From positions 17,984 to 81,983 of the forward strand of contig JBCBZJ010000013.1 in NCBI GenBank assembly GCA_039815375.1: a stretch of 64,000 nucleotides of DNA. Reading direction: 5' to 3'. The position numbers were made by a program, and so were the translations under genes. Positions within the stretch are counted from its first letter, which is position 1, and each line of letters starts with the position of its first letter. The stretch comes from Verrucomicrobiota bacterium. GTDB taxonomy: Bacteria; Verrucomicrobiota; Verrucomicrobiia; Opitutales; Coraliomargaritaceae. The notes under the pieces were generated by a model. The model was not told the DNA's origin. It searched no databases and saw only the letters and a list, made by a program, of their open reading frames with translations. Below, piece by piece: positions 1-9,860 of this stretch.

Positions 1-146
1 CATCAGTACTCAGAAACTTGTGCGAAGAAGTTGATTTTCGTGTAGGGAGTTCTGATGTATACAAAAGCATGCGCTTCCAGCATTTGGTTGTATGAGCGCT
101 TTATTTTGTAAAAACTAATTAGTATTCATCCGAAAACTAACGTAAA

Positions 147-164
147 ATGGTCTTTTGAGACCAT
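147..164. promoter_or_regulatory. Perfect inverted repeat upstream of the toxin operon (possible operator)
   Basis: ATGGTCT-TTTG-AGACCAT in AT-rich intergenic DNA about 110 nt before the first gene; function inferred only. Confidence 0.3.
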
Positions 165-276
165 GTTGGCATAACAGTAACGGCGATAGCACAAAAAGTT
201 TTTTAGATCGCAGTATATCTTGCTCTCGACCCTATGCACAGTTCGATTTCAAGCTATTGGCTTACCAATACAAGAG

Positions 277-1113
277 ATGAGGATTGTTGCCTACCTAATG
301 CCATGCCTTATAGCACCACTGCTATTTAGTGAAGAAACGACACCAGCCCTGACTGAGTCAGAGGCGCTTGAAATTGTCTATGCGCAGCGAGAAGCAAAGG
401 CAGCTCTAGAGCTTGAGCGCAAACAGCGTATTCTTGGGGTTGAGGCCGAGAATGAAACTGTTCTCGATAGAGGCAGCCACAAAATGATCTTACGGCGTGT
501 GGGCTGGCAGCCTCTTGTTGCTCAGATTGAGACTGAAAGTGCTTCCGCTGGAACGGACACAGACTTTTCCGGTATCGTGCCCGAGCATTCTATGATTTCC
601 ATAAGCTCTACCGTTTATGATGACACCTTCACGAAGGTGACATGGCGTGAACCGGGTGCTGCCGGAACCAAGCCAATTAATGTCTGGGTCAATCGGAATC
701 TCAAATACTTAAGCCTCATTCATCAGTTCACCCAGAATGGAGTTCATTACAGCTATGTCGGTCCAACCCAAAGCATCGATACAGATGCCTATGTGACGCA
801 CCCCGTTACCGGCGAACAATTCCCACGCTATGATTTGCCGGACTGGATGCCGACCGCTGAAGACTTCCCCTCCGATACGTCTGCCTACCTTGTTGTTCTT
901 GAAGATGAGACGTCTGTTGTTCCTCAACTTCTCTACCAGCAAATGGATGCGCTCTTAGTGCATTTCACTGAAAACGAGCCCGAGCTACTCGCGTCTTACC
1001 AGCGCAAAGAGGCTTTGAAAAAGGCTAAAGCACAACTCGACGAACAGGAGCCGGAAGCCAAACCTGATGTAGTGATCAACTACTGGCCTATTCAAAGCAA
1101 CGCAGACCTTTAA
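277..1113 (+). CDS. Secreted hypothetical protein, first gene of RHS operon
   Basis: ORF 220..1113; ATG at 277 gives a signal-peptide-like N-terminus (MRIVAYLMPCLIAPLLFS); ends 6 nt before next gene. Confidence 0.75.
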   Translation: MRIVAYLMPCLIAPLLFSEETTPALTESEALEIVYAQREAKAALELERKQRILGVEAENETVLDRGSHKMILRRVGWQPLVAQIETESASAGTDTDFSGIVPEHSMISISSTVYDDTFTKVTWREPGAAGTKPINVWVNRNLKYLSLIHQFTQNGVHYSYVGPTQSIDTDAYVTHPVTGEQFPRYDLPDWMPTAEDFPSDTSAYLVVLEDETSVVPQLLYQQMDALLVHFTENEPELLASYQRKEALKKAKAQLDEQEPEAKPDVVINYWPIQSNADL

Positions 1114-1119
1114 GACGAT

Positions 1120-3441
1120 ATGCGAAAACTCCTATTCTGTTTTTCCCTTACTGGGCTGGCTTCGACCAGTGTTTTAACCGGGCAAACTTCGACCGACCTG
1201 AATGAAGGCACGCAGGTTAATACAAGCACGACACCGGATAACTATATCTTTTCATGGTGGGGCAAGACCGGTCGTTTCTACGTAATCGAACACAGTGTAG
1301 ATTTACTCTCCCCGTGGAACCACATTCGTGCGATTGAACCCGGGTATGACGAGGCTGCCGAATGGGGCTTTGCGACCAATTCAGATAAGTTCTTCCTCAG
1401 ACTAAAATATACCGATGATGCTCTGATCGGTTCATTCTATGGGGATGACGATCTCGATGGTATTATTAACGGTGTCGAATTATTACTTGGCTATTCTGCA
1501 ATTACCGCTAACGGCAATACAGATGGCGATTTGCTGACAGACCGTCAGGAACTTGCGTTGGGTCTCGATCCAAATAATAATACCGACGCAGTTGACGGTG
1601 ATGCTGACGGCGTAGTCGATGCAATCGAAAGACTCTATGGTCTATCCACTTCCGGCACCACCGATTTGGACGGAGATTCGATGCATGATGAGTGGGAGCT
1701 ACTGAACTACCTTGATCCAGCGATTAATGATGCATCTGACGACCCGGATGCAGACAACAGGACAAACCTGCAGGAATTTACCGATGGCACCAACCCCTGG
1801 GCTTTTGATACCGATGGCGATACCATCCCCGATGATGTCGAAATCACCAATTCACTTGATCCTACTATCGCCGACCGTATCCGGACGCGAAACAACTACA
1901 CTTTGCAATTCAGTTCCGATCTTGAGGATGATGAAAATCAGTTTGTCGACCGCGTTTCTGAAAACGGAGGCTTTACCGTTAATGACGGCTCAGTGATTGC
2001 GGCCATAGACAATTCCGGCTTGGTCTATGCAGTTGGAGATAATTCCCGAGGCCAGTTCGGTTTGGGCAGTGCTGCCGTGGGTAACGTCTACACCACTCCG
2101 ATTGCGACCGGATTCAGTGGAATCAAAAGCGTTGCCGTAGGACGGGGAACAATCCACGCAGTTGAAACTGCGGGCACTGTCCGTGCGGCTGGAGCACAGG
2201 ACCTTGGACGTCTCGGTAATGGTCTGACCACTTCTGCAGATGTAGATATGCCGGTTACCCTTTCCGGCTTTACCAATGTCAGTTCCATCAATGCCCGATC
2301 TGAAGGTGAATACTATGATGCGGTTGTTTCAGGAGATATTTACGTATGGGGCACCAATCTCTTGGACGCGTTTTCCAACTATTACGGCGACGGTTCATTC
2401 ACGACCGCAGAGCCCACGCCGTTCGGCCCCTTGAAAGGCATTAGCGATGCCGAGCGTTTGTCTTCCGATTATACAGATGCCCGAAGCAGTCAGGCAGCGA
2501 CCGTCTTGGAGAATGGCTCTGTTCTAATGTGGGGGACGAACGCCACTGGTTCCCTAACGGTAAATAGTGATAATCTCTATCTTACTAGCGAGAATAGCTT
2601 TGAGACAGTGTCCGGGCTTCCTGCCATGGAAGAGGTATCGCTATACTACGGTTCAGTGGCAGCTCTGGACCGATCAGGTGGCTTATGGACTTGGGGTGCG
2701 TTCAATGGTTTTAGTGGCAGCGTCAATTATACGGCTCAGAGAACCCCCGCACTTGCCGCAACTGAAGTTCCAGTTCGCGCCTTGTCTGCCGCGAATTATG
2801 ACGATTTCACTCCTCTGAATTTTAAAGACAGCTATGGCCTCTTCCTCGGCGACGATGGCCATGTGCGGCGCTTTCAGTGGCTTGAAGATAGTGATGTATA
2901 TGCGACTGCGGGCGGTGATTTGGGTAAATTCTATGTGCGCCCATTGGATCTGCCTTTTCGGGTTATTGCACTGACTTCGACTATAAACGGGGCATTTCTG
3001 CTCAGTGAGACGGGCGACCTATACAAGTATTCCGAGGTCGTCGGTGTCGCCGAAGTCATCGAATTGGAAGAAATCGCTATTCCGAACTTTTTTGCTTCGA
3101 CCGATAGCAATGGTGACGGGCTTAGTGATGCTCTGGAACGCTTCCTCGGCCTGAATCCTTCAAGTGCAGATACCAATGGCGATGGGATAACCGATTTCAT
3201 TTCCGTCCAGCTTGGTCTCGATTCCACAGCATGGGATCTGGATGGCGATGGTATTCCAAATGAGGTGGAAATCGCCAATGGCCTGGATCCGAACGCTCAG
3301 GACTCCGATGGAGATGGGATGCTCGATAACGAAGAGTTCTACCTGAAGGATCGTCTGAACAACTATATTCTAGCCACCGAGCCTAACACCTCCGGCCCCG
3401 ACATTGTTCTTGTTGAGCCGAGTTCGGCCACTGCCCTTTGA
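1120..3441 (+). CDS. Secreted protein with thrombospondin type-3-like Ca-binding repeats flanking an RCC1-like beta-propeller
   Basis: Signal peptide; many DxDGDGxxDxxE..LGLDP repeats; RCC1-like units (GLVYAVGDNSRGQFGLG, GSVLMWGTNATGSL, GGLWTWG). Confidence 0.85.
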   Translation: MRKLLFCFSLTGLASTSVLTGQTSTDLNEGTQVNTSTTPDNYIFSWWGKTGRFYVIEHSVDLLSPWNHIRAIEPGYDEAAEWGFATNSDKFFLRLKYTDDALIGSFYGDDDLDGIINGVELLLGYSAITANGNTDGDLLTDRQELALGLDPNNNTDAVDGDADGVVDAIERLYGLSTSGTTDLDGDSMHDEWELLNYLDPAINDASDDPDADNRTNLQEFTDGTNPWAFDTDGDTIPDDVEITNSLDPTIADRIRTRNNYTLQFSSDLEDDENQFVDRVSENGGFTVNDGSVIAAIDNSGLVYAVGDNSRGQFGLGSAAVGNVYTTPIATGFSGIKSVAVGRGTIHAVETAGTVRAAGAQDLGRLGNGLTTSADVDMPVTLSGFTNVSSINARSEGEYYDAVVSGDIYVWGTNLLDAFSNYYGDGSFTTAEPTPFGPLKGISDAERLSSDYTDARSSQAATVLENGSVLMWGTNATGSLTVNSDNLYLTSENSFETVSGLPAMEEVSLYYGSVAALDRSGGLWTWGAFNGFSGSVNYTAQRTPALAATEVPVRALSAANYDDFTPLNFKDSYGLFLGDDGHVRRFQWLEDSDVYATAGGDLGKFYVRPLDLPFRVIALTSTINGAFLLSETGDLYKYSEVVGVAEVIELEEIAIPNFFASTDSNGDGLSDALERFLGLNPSSADTNGDGITDFISVQLGLDSTAWDLDGDGIPNEVEIANGLDPNAQDSDGDGMLDNEEFYLKDRLNNYILATEPNTSGPDIVLVEPSSATAL

Positions 3442-6400
3442 TTACGATGCTTAGACATTTACTTCTTGCGATTAGCTTCGCTTCCCTAGTTGTCTTGCCG
3501 ATGTGGGCCGACTTGCCCCGACGTGCTGTGATCGCGGCTCCTGCTGAGAGCCAGGAGGCAGTGGCGTCCTCTGCCGATGCAGTTGAGGACGCTTCACCCT
3601 TTCGTTTCAGTCCGATTGCCGATGGCACGGCTACGGATGCCGAAAATAATGAACTCGCCGGTCTCCTGACACAGTATGCGACTTCCGCCAAACCCTATGA
3701 TTTTACATGGCTGGATGCATATCTAACAAAGTATCCAGATAGCGCGTGGAAGGGCGTCCTGTGCCTGAACCGTGGCCTTATTGAGCGTTATAACGGATTT
3801 ATCGGCGCGTCATTCAAGTCGTTTGAGCAAGCTTGGGTATCACTCAAGGAGTCAGAGGACTTGATGCTTCGGGGATATGCCAACCATGCCCTTGCCGAGC
3901 TGATCTCAATCAAAGCTGGCCTTGGGCGGATGGATGAACTGGAAGTGCTTTTTGCGAAGACCGAAGGAAGGCGTTTTCATGGTAAATCTGCTCAGTTGAT
4001 TTCCAGCGCCCGTGAAGGCCTGTCTTCGATGGAAAAATTCCCGGAGCGTTCCTTTAATTGCGGTCCGGCAGCCCTGCTCAATGTGCTGGCAACTTTAGGT
4101 GACGAAGCCGCAACTGACCCCCGCATCATGTCTAAGGCCGCCACGACGGACGGCTTGAATTTGTGGCAAGTATCCGAATTGGCCCAGGAGGTTGGGTTCA
4201 ACGAGCACATTCTGGCCTATCGCGAAAACGGCGGCATCCAACTGCCGGCGATCCTGCATTGGAAAGAAGGGCACTTTTCGGCTTTGTTGAGGCTGGAGAA
4301 CAGTCGTTATCTCATTAAAGACCCCACGCTTGGCAATGTCATGTGGGTGCCGGAGGAAGCGGTCGATTCCGAAGCAAGCGGCTACTTCCTGTTGGCCAGA
4401 AGTGATGTGCCGGAGGGTTGGCGTGAAGTGGATTCGGGCGAAGCAGAAGATATCTGGGGTAAGGGTAAGGCCACGACTTATGAATTAGGTTCCACAAGAC
4501 CTTACGACCTTAAGAACTGTGAGGAAAATGGCAATCCCGGTATGCCCGGCCACAGTGTGCACCTGCTCGCTCTCAGCGTCAATGTGACCGATACCCCAAT
4601 CTGGGTAAACACGCCCTATGGCCCTTCAATGCATTTTACCGCGACCTACAACCAGCGTGAAATCAGCATTCCACTGACGGATCAGTTTGGTTTTATGGGC
4701 CTTAACTGGACGCATAACTGGCAGTCCTGGATTGATGCCAACCCAGGCAACGGCAGCATTATCCCATTGGCCGCCACTCGCATGGTTGCCGGTGGCGGTA
4801 AAGAGGATTTTGAAATCAATAATGGCAGCACGGGCTATAAGCCGCAGCGCGATACGCAGGCTGACTTGGTCGCGCTGTTCGATGGGGGCAACTTGGACGG
4901 CTTTGAACTTAATTTTCCGGATGGCTCTAAATGGGTCTATCAGCATGAGCAGGCATACATGGCCAATTCTAACGCACGGTATTTCCTGACGAGCATTACT
5001 GATCCTTACGGTAATGCCGTTACGATAAATTACGACAGTGACGACCGCATTCAAAGCGTCGATTCCGGTGCAACAACGGCAGTTGATTTGAAATTTGCCT
5101 ATGAGTTTAACGGCAGCGGCCAACCTGTTTGGCCCTCCTCCGCTTCATCCGATGTCGAAGATAATTTTATTCGCGCGGTCATTGGCCCGCAGGGGCGTTA
5201 TGCCGAATTTGACTACAACGACGACCTGATGGTGAAGCGTGTCGTAGATATGGCTGGAATGGAATCGACTTTCAGTTACAAGGATGTGAACAGCAACGTT
5301 TACATTGGTGCATACGCTACTCCTTACGGAACGACGGTCTTTGATTATCCAGAAACGAATGGCACGGATGATGTGGTCCGTGGTGTCGTCATCACCGATC
5401 CCGAAGGCCAGAAGGAACGGCTGGAATACAATCAGGTAGATTTCAACTTTCCGGGAGAATTAGTTCCTTCCGGCACAGCCCTGGGCATTCACTTCTACGA
5501 CGATCTTAATACCTATCATTGGGACAAGCGCGCCATGGAAACTGCGGTGCAGACGGATGGCTCGGTTGATTACGGTGAAGCCACAATTTACCACTGGATG
5601 CTGGCGACCAGCCAGCAGGCCTCCTCTGTGCTCCACAGCATAAAGCGCCCGCTGGAGAACCGCGAGTGGCTGATTTACGATGATTCCCCGGATGGTGGCG
5701 CGACGATTGGCGCGACAAATCGTCCTTCTGCAAACGAGCGCTACGTAAAAGATGAATCCGGTGCCACCGTGCTCCGCACTACCGGGTTCGAATACAACAG
5801 CCTCGGGAACATGACCGGCAGCATCGATCCGAGGGGCCGCGAGCTGGAAATGAACTATGCCGCCAACGGCATCGACCTGCTCAATGTGAAGCAGCGCACC
5901 GGGGCCGGAGCCAACGACTTTGAGACCCTGAACAGCTTCGATTACGATGAGGATAACGACGGTAACGATGACTTCCCGCGACTGCCTTCCCTGATCGATG
6001 GGGCGGATGGCGTTCGTCTGGACATGACTTACAATAGCGAGGGCCAAGTTACCTCTGCTATACGCAAAGAGCCGGACGGATCGGGCGGTTTCACCGACAA
6101 GGGCACGACAGACTACACGTATTACACAACTGGCGATCACATCGGCTTTTTGGAGAAGATTGAAGGGCCAAGCGTGGGTGGTTCGCGTGCTACTACGACT
6201 TACACTTATGATGATTACGGGAGGGTGGAGACAGCGACCGATACCGATGACTTTACGCTCACATATACATATGACGATCTCAACCGGATTGTTAAAATCG
6301 ATTACCCGGACGGCACGCATATCGCCAACATCTACGAGCCCTTCAGTGACGGTCTGGATAGGATCGGCTTCCGTGACCGGATGGGCCGCATCTCGCAATT

Positions 6401-9008
6401 CCGGCACGATGATCTGGGCCGCGTCGTGCAGTCCATCGATCCTAAGGGCCAGAGCACCCTTTACCAGTGGTGTGGCTGCGGCTCACTCAATGCGCTGATC
6501 GACCCGAAGAGCCAGGCCACCACCTGGCAGCGCGATGTGCAGGGCCGCCTGACCAAAAAGGAGTATGCGGACGGCACCCGCATCGACTACGCCTACGAGC
6601 CTGAATCCGGCTTTATCAGCAAGGTGACGGACCAACGCGGCTATGAACAGGAGTTCAAATATTTTAAGGACGGCAATATCGAGGAAATCAGCTTCGATGA
6701 CGGCGGCACTGCTGACCCCAATTACATCGATGCGCCAACTTTGACTTACGATTATGGTGATTTCACTGACCCTAATGATCCCAATCGCTATTTTAATCGC
6801 ATCCATTCAGTTACTACGGCAGGAGATCCTGACGATTACATCTACCAGTATTATGGCTTCACCGGAGATGGAAATGCCAACCGCCTGCAGAAAGTCACTA
6901 TTTCCAAGCAGCGCGGTGCGCAAACGGTCAATAACGACATCGATTACGCTTACGATGATCTCGGACGCCTGCTGACCCGCAGCTTCAGGGGAGATACCGA
7001 GACCTACAATTATGACGATTTGGACCGCCTAAATAGCTTAAGCGATCCTCTTGGCGACTTTATCTATAGCTATGACGAGCTCACCGCTCGCATCCTCAAC
7101 GTTCAGCACTCGGTTTCCTCTGTTAACGGTATCCGCACCGATCTAGCCTATCAGAGTAAGATCGCCGGTGGTGAGGAGCGTAAGGTGCCTTACCTCAGCA
7201 GCATTAGCCACAGTAATCCCTCCGGCACCGTCAGCGCTCATGCCTACCTGCGTAATGAAAACGGCTGGATTGATCTCTGGCAGCAGTTCGACGGCAGCCA
7301 GTGGCAGAGCCACAGTTACCGCTATGACCAGCAGGGGCAGCTCCAGCGCGACCGCAAATATGACGGTCTCGATGAGAATAGCCCACTGCTCGAAAGTGAA
7401 GAATACCGCTACGACTTGGCGGGTAATCGGACTTTGTATAAAGACGGTAGTGCCCAGCTCAACGATAGACACAATAACCAGCTCAACCAGCTCAACCAGC
7501 TCACCGCACGCAGCAGCGAGGGTAGCGTGCTCTTCCACGGCACCATCAGCGAACCCGGTAAGGTCTTCGTTCAACAGCTCGACGGCAGCAACAACGTGCT
7601 CACCTCTACCGAAGCGCAGCTCTATGGCGGGAATGAATTTTACGCTTCCTTGGACTTGCCCGTCGGCAGTAACACCGTCCGAATTATCGCCACCGACATC
7701 CACGGCGAGAGCACCACGCAAGATTACTCGGTTCCCGTGGCCGCAGACATTGGCGATAGCTTCACCCACGATGCAGCAGGAAACTTAACACAGTGGACGA
7801 AGGCTGACGGAACTGTCGTGAAATACAAATGGGATGCTGCGAATAGGCTCCGTGAAATTTTGGTCGATAGCGTCTCGATCAAGACCTTCGAATATGATGG
7901 TTCCGGGCGCATGGTCCGCGCGACCAGCGGAGGTCAGAGCGACGATTACTTCTGGGATGGCTTGGAGCGTTTAGGCCGCGAGAATGTAGATGCGACACCG
8001 ACGGTCTATCGTCGCTACTTAACCCAGGGCTTCACCGTGAGTCTCGACGGAGCCACTGCTTCGAATTACTACGTCCTCCGCGATCACTTAGGCAGCACGC
8101 GTGAAGTGCTCGACGGTACTTACGCCACCGTCGCCACTTACGATTACTCGGCGTGGGGTGAAGTAAGTAAACTAAGCGGCACCGTCGACGCCGACCAGCT
8201 TTACACCGGGCATCTCTACTTTGCGGACACCGAAACACCGCTGCACCTCGCGCCGTATCGGAGCTATCAGCCTGAGTTGGGGCGTTGGTTGCAGAGAGAC
8301 TTTCTAGGAGAAACAGGACCGGATGGACCAAACGTTTACGCTTACACCCAGAACAATCCTGTTAACTGGTTCGATGGCACCGGACTTTGGACTTCAGCTC
8401 ATTCAGCTGTCGCAGTAGCTGCAGCATGGGGCGCTGGAGCGGGTGCTTTCGAAGGTGCAGTGACCAGCGTAGCTTTTCAGGCAATTGAAAATGCAGGCAA
8501 TGGCGATTCCTGTGTGAACGCTAGTGGTGGTATTGATGGTGGCCGTGTGTTGCAGGACGCTGTAATTGGTGCAGGCATCGGAGCAATCACTGCGGGTGTC
8601 GGAACCAAGTTCCAAATCTTTGCTAAGATTGCTAATCGACTGAAGGGAGCCACAAACAAGTTTGCTCCGGGAGCATCTCGTCTAGTAAATGCGCCAAATG
8701 CTAAGATTGATCCGAGAAAGTTAACAGATTATGCCCTGAATCCGAATCATCCTGTTGGTGGTAACAAAGCAAAGGTGTTCGAATCAGCTCTTGGCTACAA
8801 CCAGTCAAATGCACAAGGCTTACTCAAGCAGCTTCAACAAGGGGTTCTCAATAACACGCCTGTTGCTGGAAAAGTTGATAATTTCGGAAGTCGTTTCACT
8901 GTGGATATTCCCGTTACAGGTCCTGGTGGAAGTGGAACTGTTCGAACTGGTTGGATATTTAAATCAGGGTCAAATACACCCGAGCTAACAACACTATTCG
9001 TAAAGTAA
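3438..9008 (+). CDS. RHS/YD-repeat polymorphic toxin with N-terminal signal peptide, C39-like cysteine peptidase domain and DUF6883-like C-terminal toxin
   Basis: CGPAAL / HWKEGHF / IKDPTLG C39 motifs; YD repeats; RHS core RDHLGSTR...ELGRWLQRD...NPVNWFDGTGL; Gly/Ala-rich pre-toxin segment; tip KLTDYALNPNHPVGGNKAKVF...VRTGWI...PELTTLFVK. Start is TTG 3438 or ATG 3447. Confidence 0.92.
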   Translation: MITMLRHLLLAISFASLVVLPMWADLPRRAVIAAPAESQEAVASSADAVEDASPFRFSPIADGTATDAENNELAGLLTQYATSAKPYDFTWLDAYLTKYPDSAWKGVLCLNRGLIERYNGFIGASFKSFEQAWVSLKESEDLMLRGYANHALAELISIKAGLGRMDELEVLFAKTEGRRFHGKSAQLISSAREGLSSMEKFPERSFNCGPAALLNVLATLGDEAATDPRIMSKAATTDGLNLWQVSELAQEVGFNEHILAYRENGGIQLPAILHWKEGHFSALLRLENSRYLIKDPTLGNVMWVPEEAVDSEASGYFLLARSDVPEGWREVDSGEAEDIWGKGKATTYELGSTRPYDLKNCEENGNPGMPGHSVHLLALSVNVTDTPIWVNTPYGPSMHFTATYNQREISIPLTDQFGFMGLNWTHNWQSWIDANPGNGSIIPLAATRMVAGGGKEDFEINNGSTGYKPQRDTQADLVALFDGGNLDGFELNFPDGSKWVYQHEQAYMANSNARYFLTSITDPYGNAVTINYDSDDRIQSVDSGATTAVDLKFAYEFNGSGQPVWPSSASSDVEDNFIRAVIGPQGRYAEFDYNDDLMVKRVVDMAGMESTFSYKDVNSNVYIGAYATPYGTTVFDYPETNGTDDVVRGVVITDPEGQKERLEYNQVDFNFPGELVPSGTALGIHFYDDLNTYHWDKRAMETAVQTDGSVDYGEATIYHWMLATSQQASSVLHSIKRPLENREWLIYDDSPDGGATIGATNRPSANERYVKDESGATVLRTTGFEYNSLGNMTGSIDPRGRELEMNYAANGIDLLNVKQRTGAGANDFETLNSFDYDEDNDGNDDFPRLPSLIDGADGVRLDMTYNSEGQVTSAIRKEPDGSGGFTDKGTTDYTYYTTGDHIGFLEKIEGPSVGGSRATTTYTYDDYGRVETATDTDDFTLTYTYDDLNRIVKIDYPDGTHIANIYEPFSDGLDRIGFRDRMGRISQFRHDDLGRVVQSIDPKGQSTLYQWCGCGSLNALIDPKSQATTWQRDVQGRLTKKEYADGTRIDYAYEPESGFISKVTDQRGYEQEFKYFKDGNIEEISFDDGGTADPNYIDAPTLTYDYGDFTDPNDPNRYFNRIHSVTTAGDPDDYIYQYYGFTGDGNANRLQKVTISKQRGAQTVNNDIDYAYDDLGRLLTRSFRGDTETYNYDDLDRLNSLSDPLGDFIYSYDELTARILNVQHSVSSVNGIRTDLAYQSKIAGGEERKVPYLSSISHSNPSGTVSAHAYLRNENGWIDLWQQFDGSQWQSHSYRYDQQGQLQRDRKYDGLDENSPLLESEEYRYDLAGNRTLYKDGSAQLNDRHNNQLNQLNQLTARSSEGSVLFHGTISEPGKVFVQQLDGSNNVLTSTEAQLYGGNEFYASLDLPVGSNTVRIIATDIHGESTTQDYSVPVAADIGDSFTHDAAGNLTQWTKADGTVVKYKWDAANRLREILVDSVSIKTFEYDGSGRMVRATSGGQSDDYFWDGLERLGRENVDATPTVYRRYLTQGFTVSLDGATASNYYVLRDHLGSTREVLDGTYATVATYDYSAWGEVSKLSGTVDADQLYTGHLYFADTETPLHLAPYRSYQPELGRWLQRDFLGETGPDGPNVYAYTQNNPVNWFDGTGLWTSAHSAVAVAAAWGAGAGAFEGAVTSVAFQAIENAGNGDSCVNASGGIDGGRVLQDAVIGAGIGAITAGVGTKFQIFAKIANRLKGATNKFAPGASRLVNAPNAKIDPRKLTDYALNPNHPVGGNKAKVFESALGYNQSNAQGLLKQLQQGVLNNTPVAGKVDNFGSRFTVDIPVTGPGGSGTVRTGWIFKSGSNTPELTTLFVK

Positions 9009-9013
9009 TTGGC

Positions 9014-9205
9014 ATGAAAGAGCATGATACAGTTCGACTAAAAACAGACGTAGAAGATTATGGCTTAAAAGCTGGAATGATTGGTGTCATCGTATGCGTT
9101 TTCGATGAACCCGAGATTGCTTATGAAGTTGAATTTTCAAACGAGAAAGGAGAAACCATATGTGAGCTAGCGCTTTCTGCGGATAGTATTGAGTTCGTGG
9201 CATAA
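9014..9205 (+). CDS. DUF4926-like immunity protein cognate to the RHS tip
   Basis: 63 aa, acidic; D.V.L..D....GL.AG..G.IV.......AYEVEF...G.T pattern; 5 nt after the toxin stop. Confidence 0.85.
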   Translation: MKEHDTVRLKTDVEDYGLKAGMIGVIVCVFDEPEIAYEVEFSNEKGETICELALSADSIEFVA

Positions 9206-9562
9206 TTTGTCGCCACAAACAACGCAATCCCATCAACGCTTGCTCGTGTTGTTCCTGACAATGCAGCGACTAGAGCTTCGGGCACATTAGGCAGATCGAA
9301 TGCTGATGATGTTTTTGTTACAGCCGCAGAAGATATAAGAGGCTTAAACTCTGCTCAAATTGCTGAACGACTTACTATACAACCTAGCTCTACTGGTTTT
9401 AGGGTTACAGAATTTGCTACTCCACCTAACGGATTAGCTACGCCGATCAATCGCCTTGACGATGGCTTTATTGGCGGTGGTCGAACCGCTGGAGGAGCAC
9501 GAGAGTTTGTTATTCCAAATGGCCCGATTCCACCTGGTGCAACAACGAGGACGATCCCATGA
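9206..9562 (+). pseudogene. Start-less orphan toxin domain, Ntox10-like
   Basis: Hand translation: FVATNNAIPSTLARVVP...LGRSNADDVFVTAAEDIRGL...GLATPINRLDDGFIGGGRTAGGAREFVIPNGPIPPGATTRTIP*; open 118 codons with no ATG; stop overlaps the next gene (ATGA). Confidence 0.8.
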
Positions 9563-9840
9563 GTAAAATAGAACCGAACGAAAAAGAGATCATTGGTAAG
9601 TGGTTATTTGAAGGCTCAAAAGTAACTGGCGATTCAGCATGTAAGCGAATCGAGGATCTAACTCAGAACTATCTCAAGGAGCTGGCTGCTGACGGAGAAG
9701 ATTGGTCTATACTTTATCAAGATCCAGAAGATCAGAGGTATTGGGAGTTTACTTATCCTCAAAGCCACATGCACGGTGGCGGGCCTCCAGCTTTGACTTT
9801 GCTTCAAGATGAGGAAGCGAAAGCTAAATACAAAATCTAG
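9559..9840 (+). CDS. Imm27-like immunity protein
   Basis: LYQDPEDQRYWEFTYPQSHMHGGGPPAL signature; translationally coupled to the preceding toxin domain. Confidence 0.85.
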   Translation: MSKIEPNEKEIIGKWLFEGSKVTGDSACKRIEDLTQNYLKELAADGEDWSILYQDPEDQRYWEFTYPQSHMHGGGPPALTLLQDEEAKAKYKI

Positions 9841-9860
9841 CCAACTCCGTTCGCTAAGTC

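Noticed and set aside
7476..7502. AACCAGCTC x3 tandem repeat as a phase-variation site
   Set aside because: 9-nt in-frame unit on the usual RHS NxLNQL motif; cannot shift frame.
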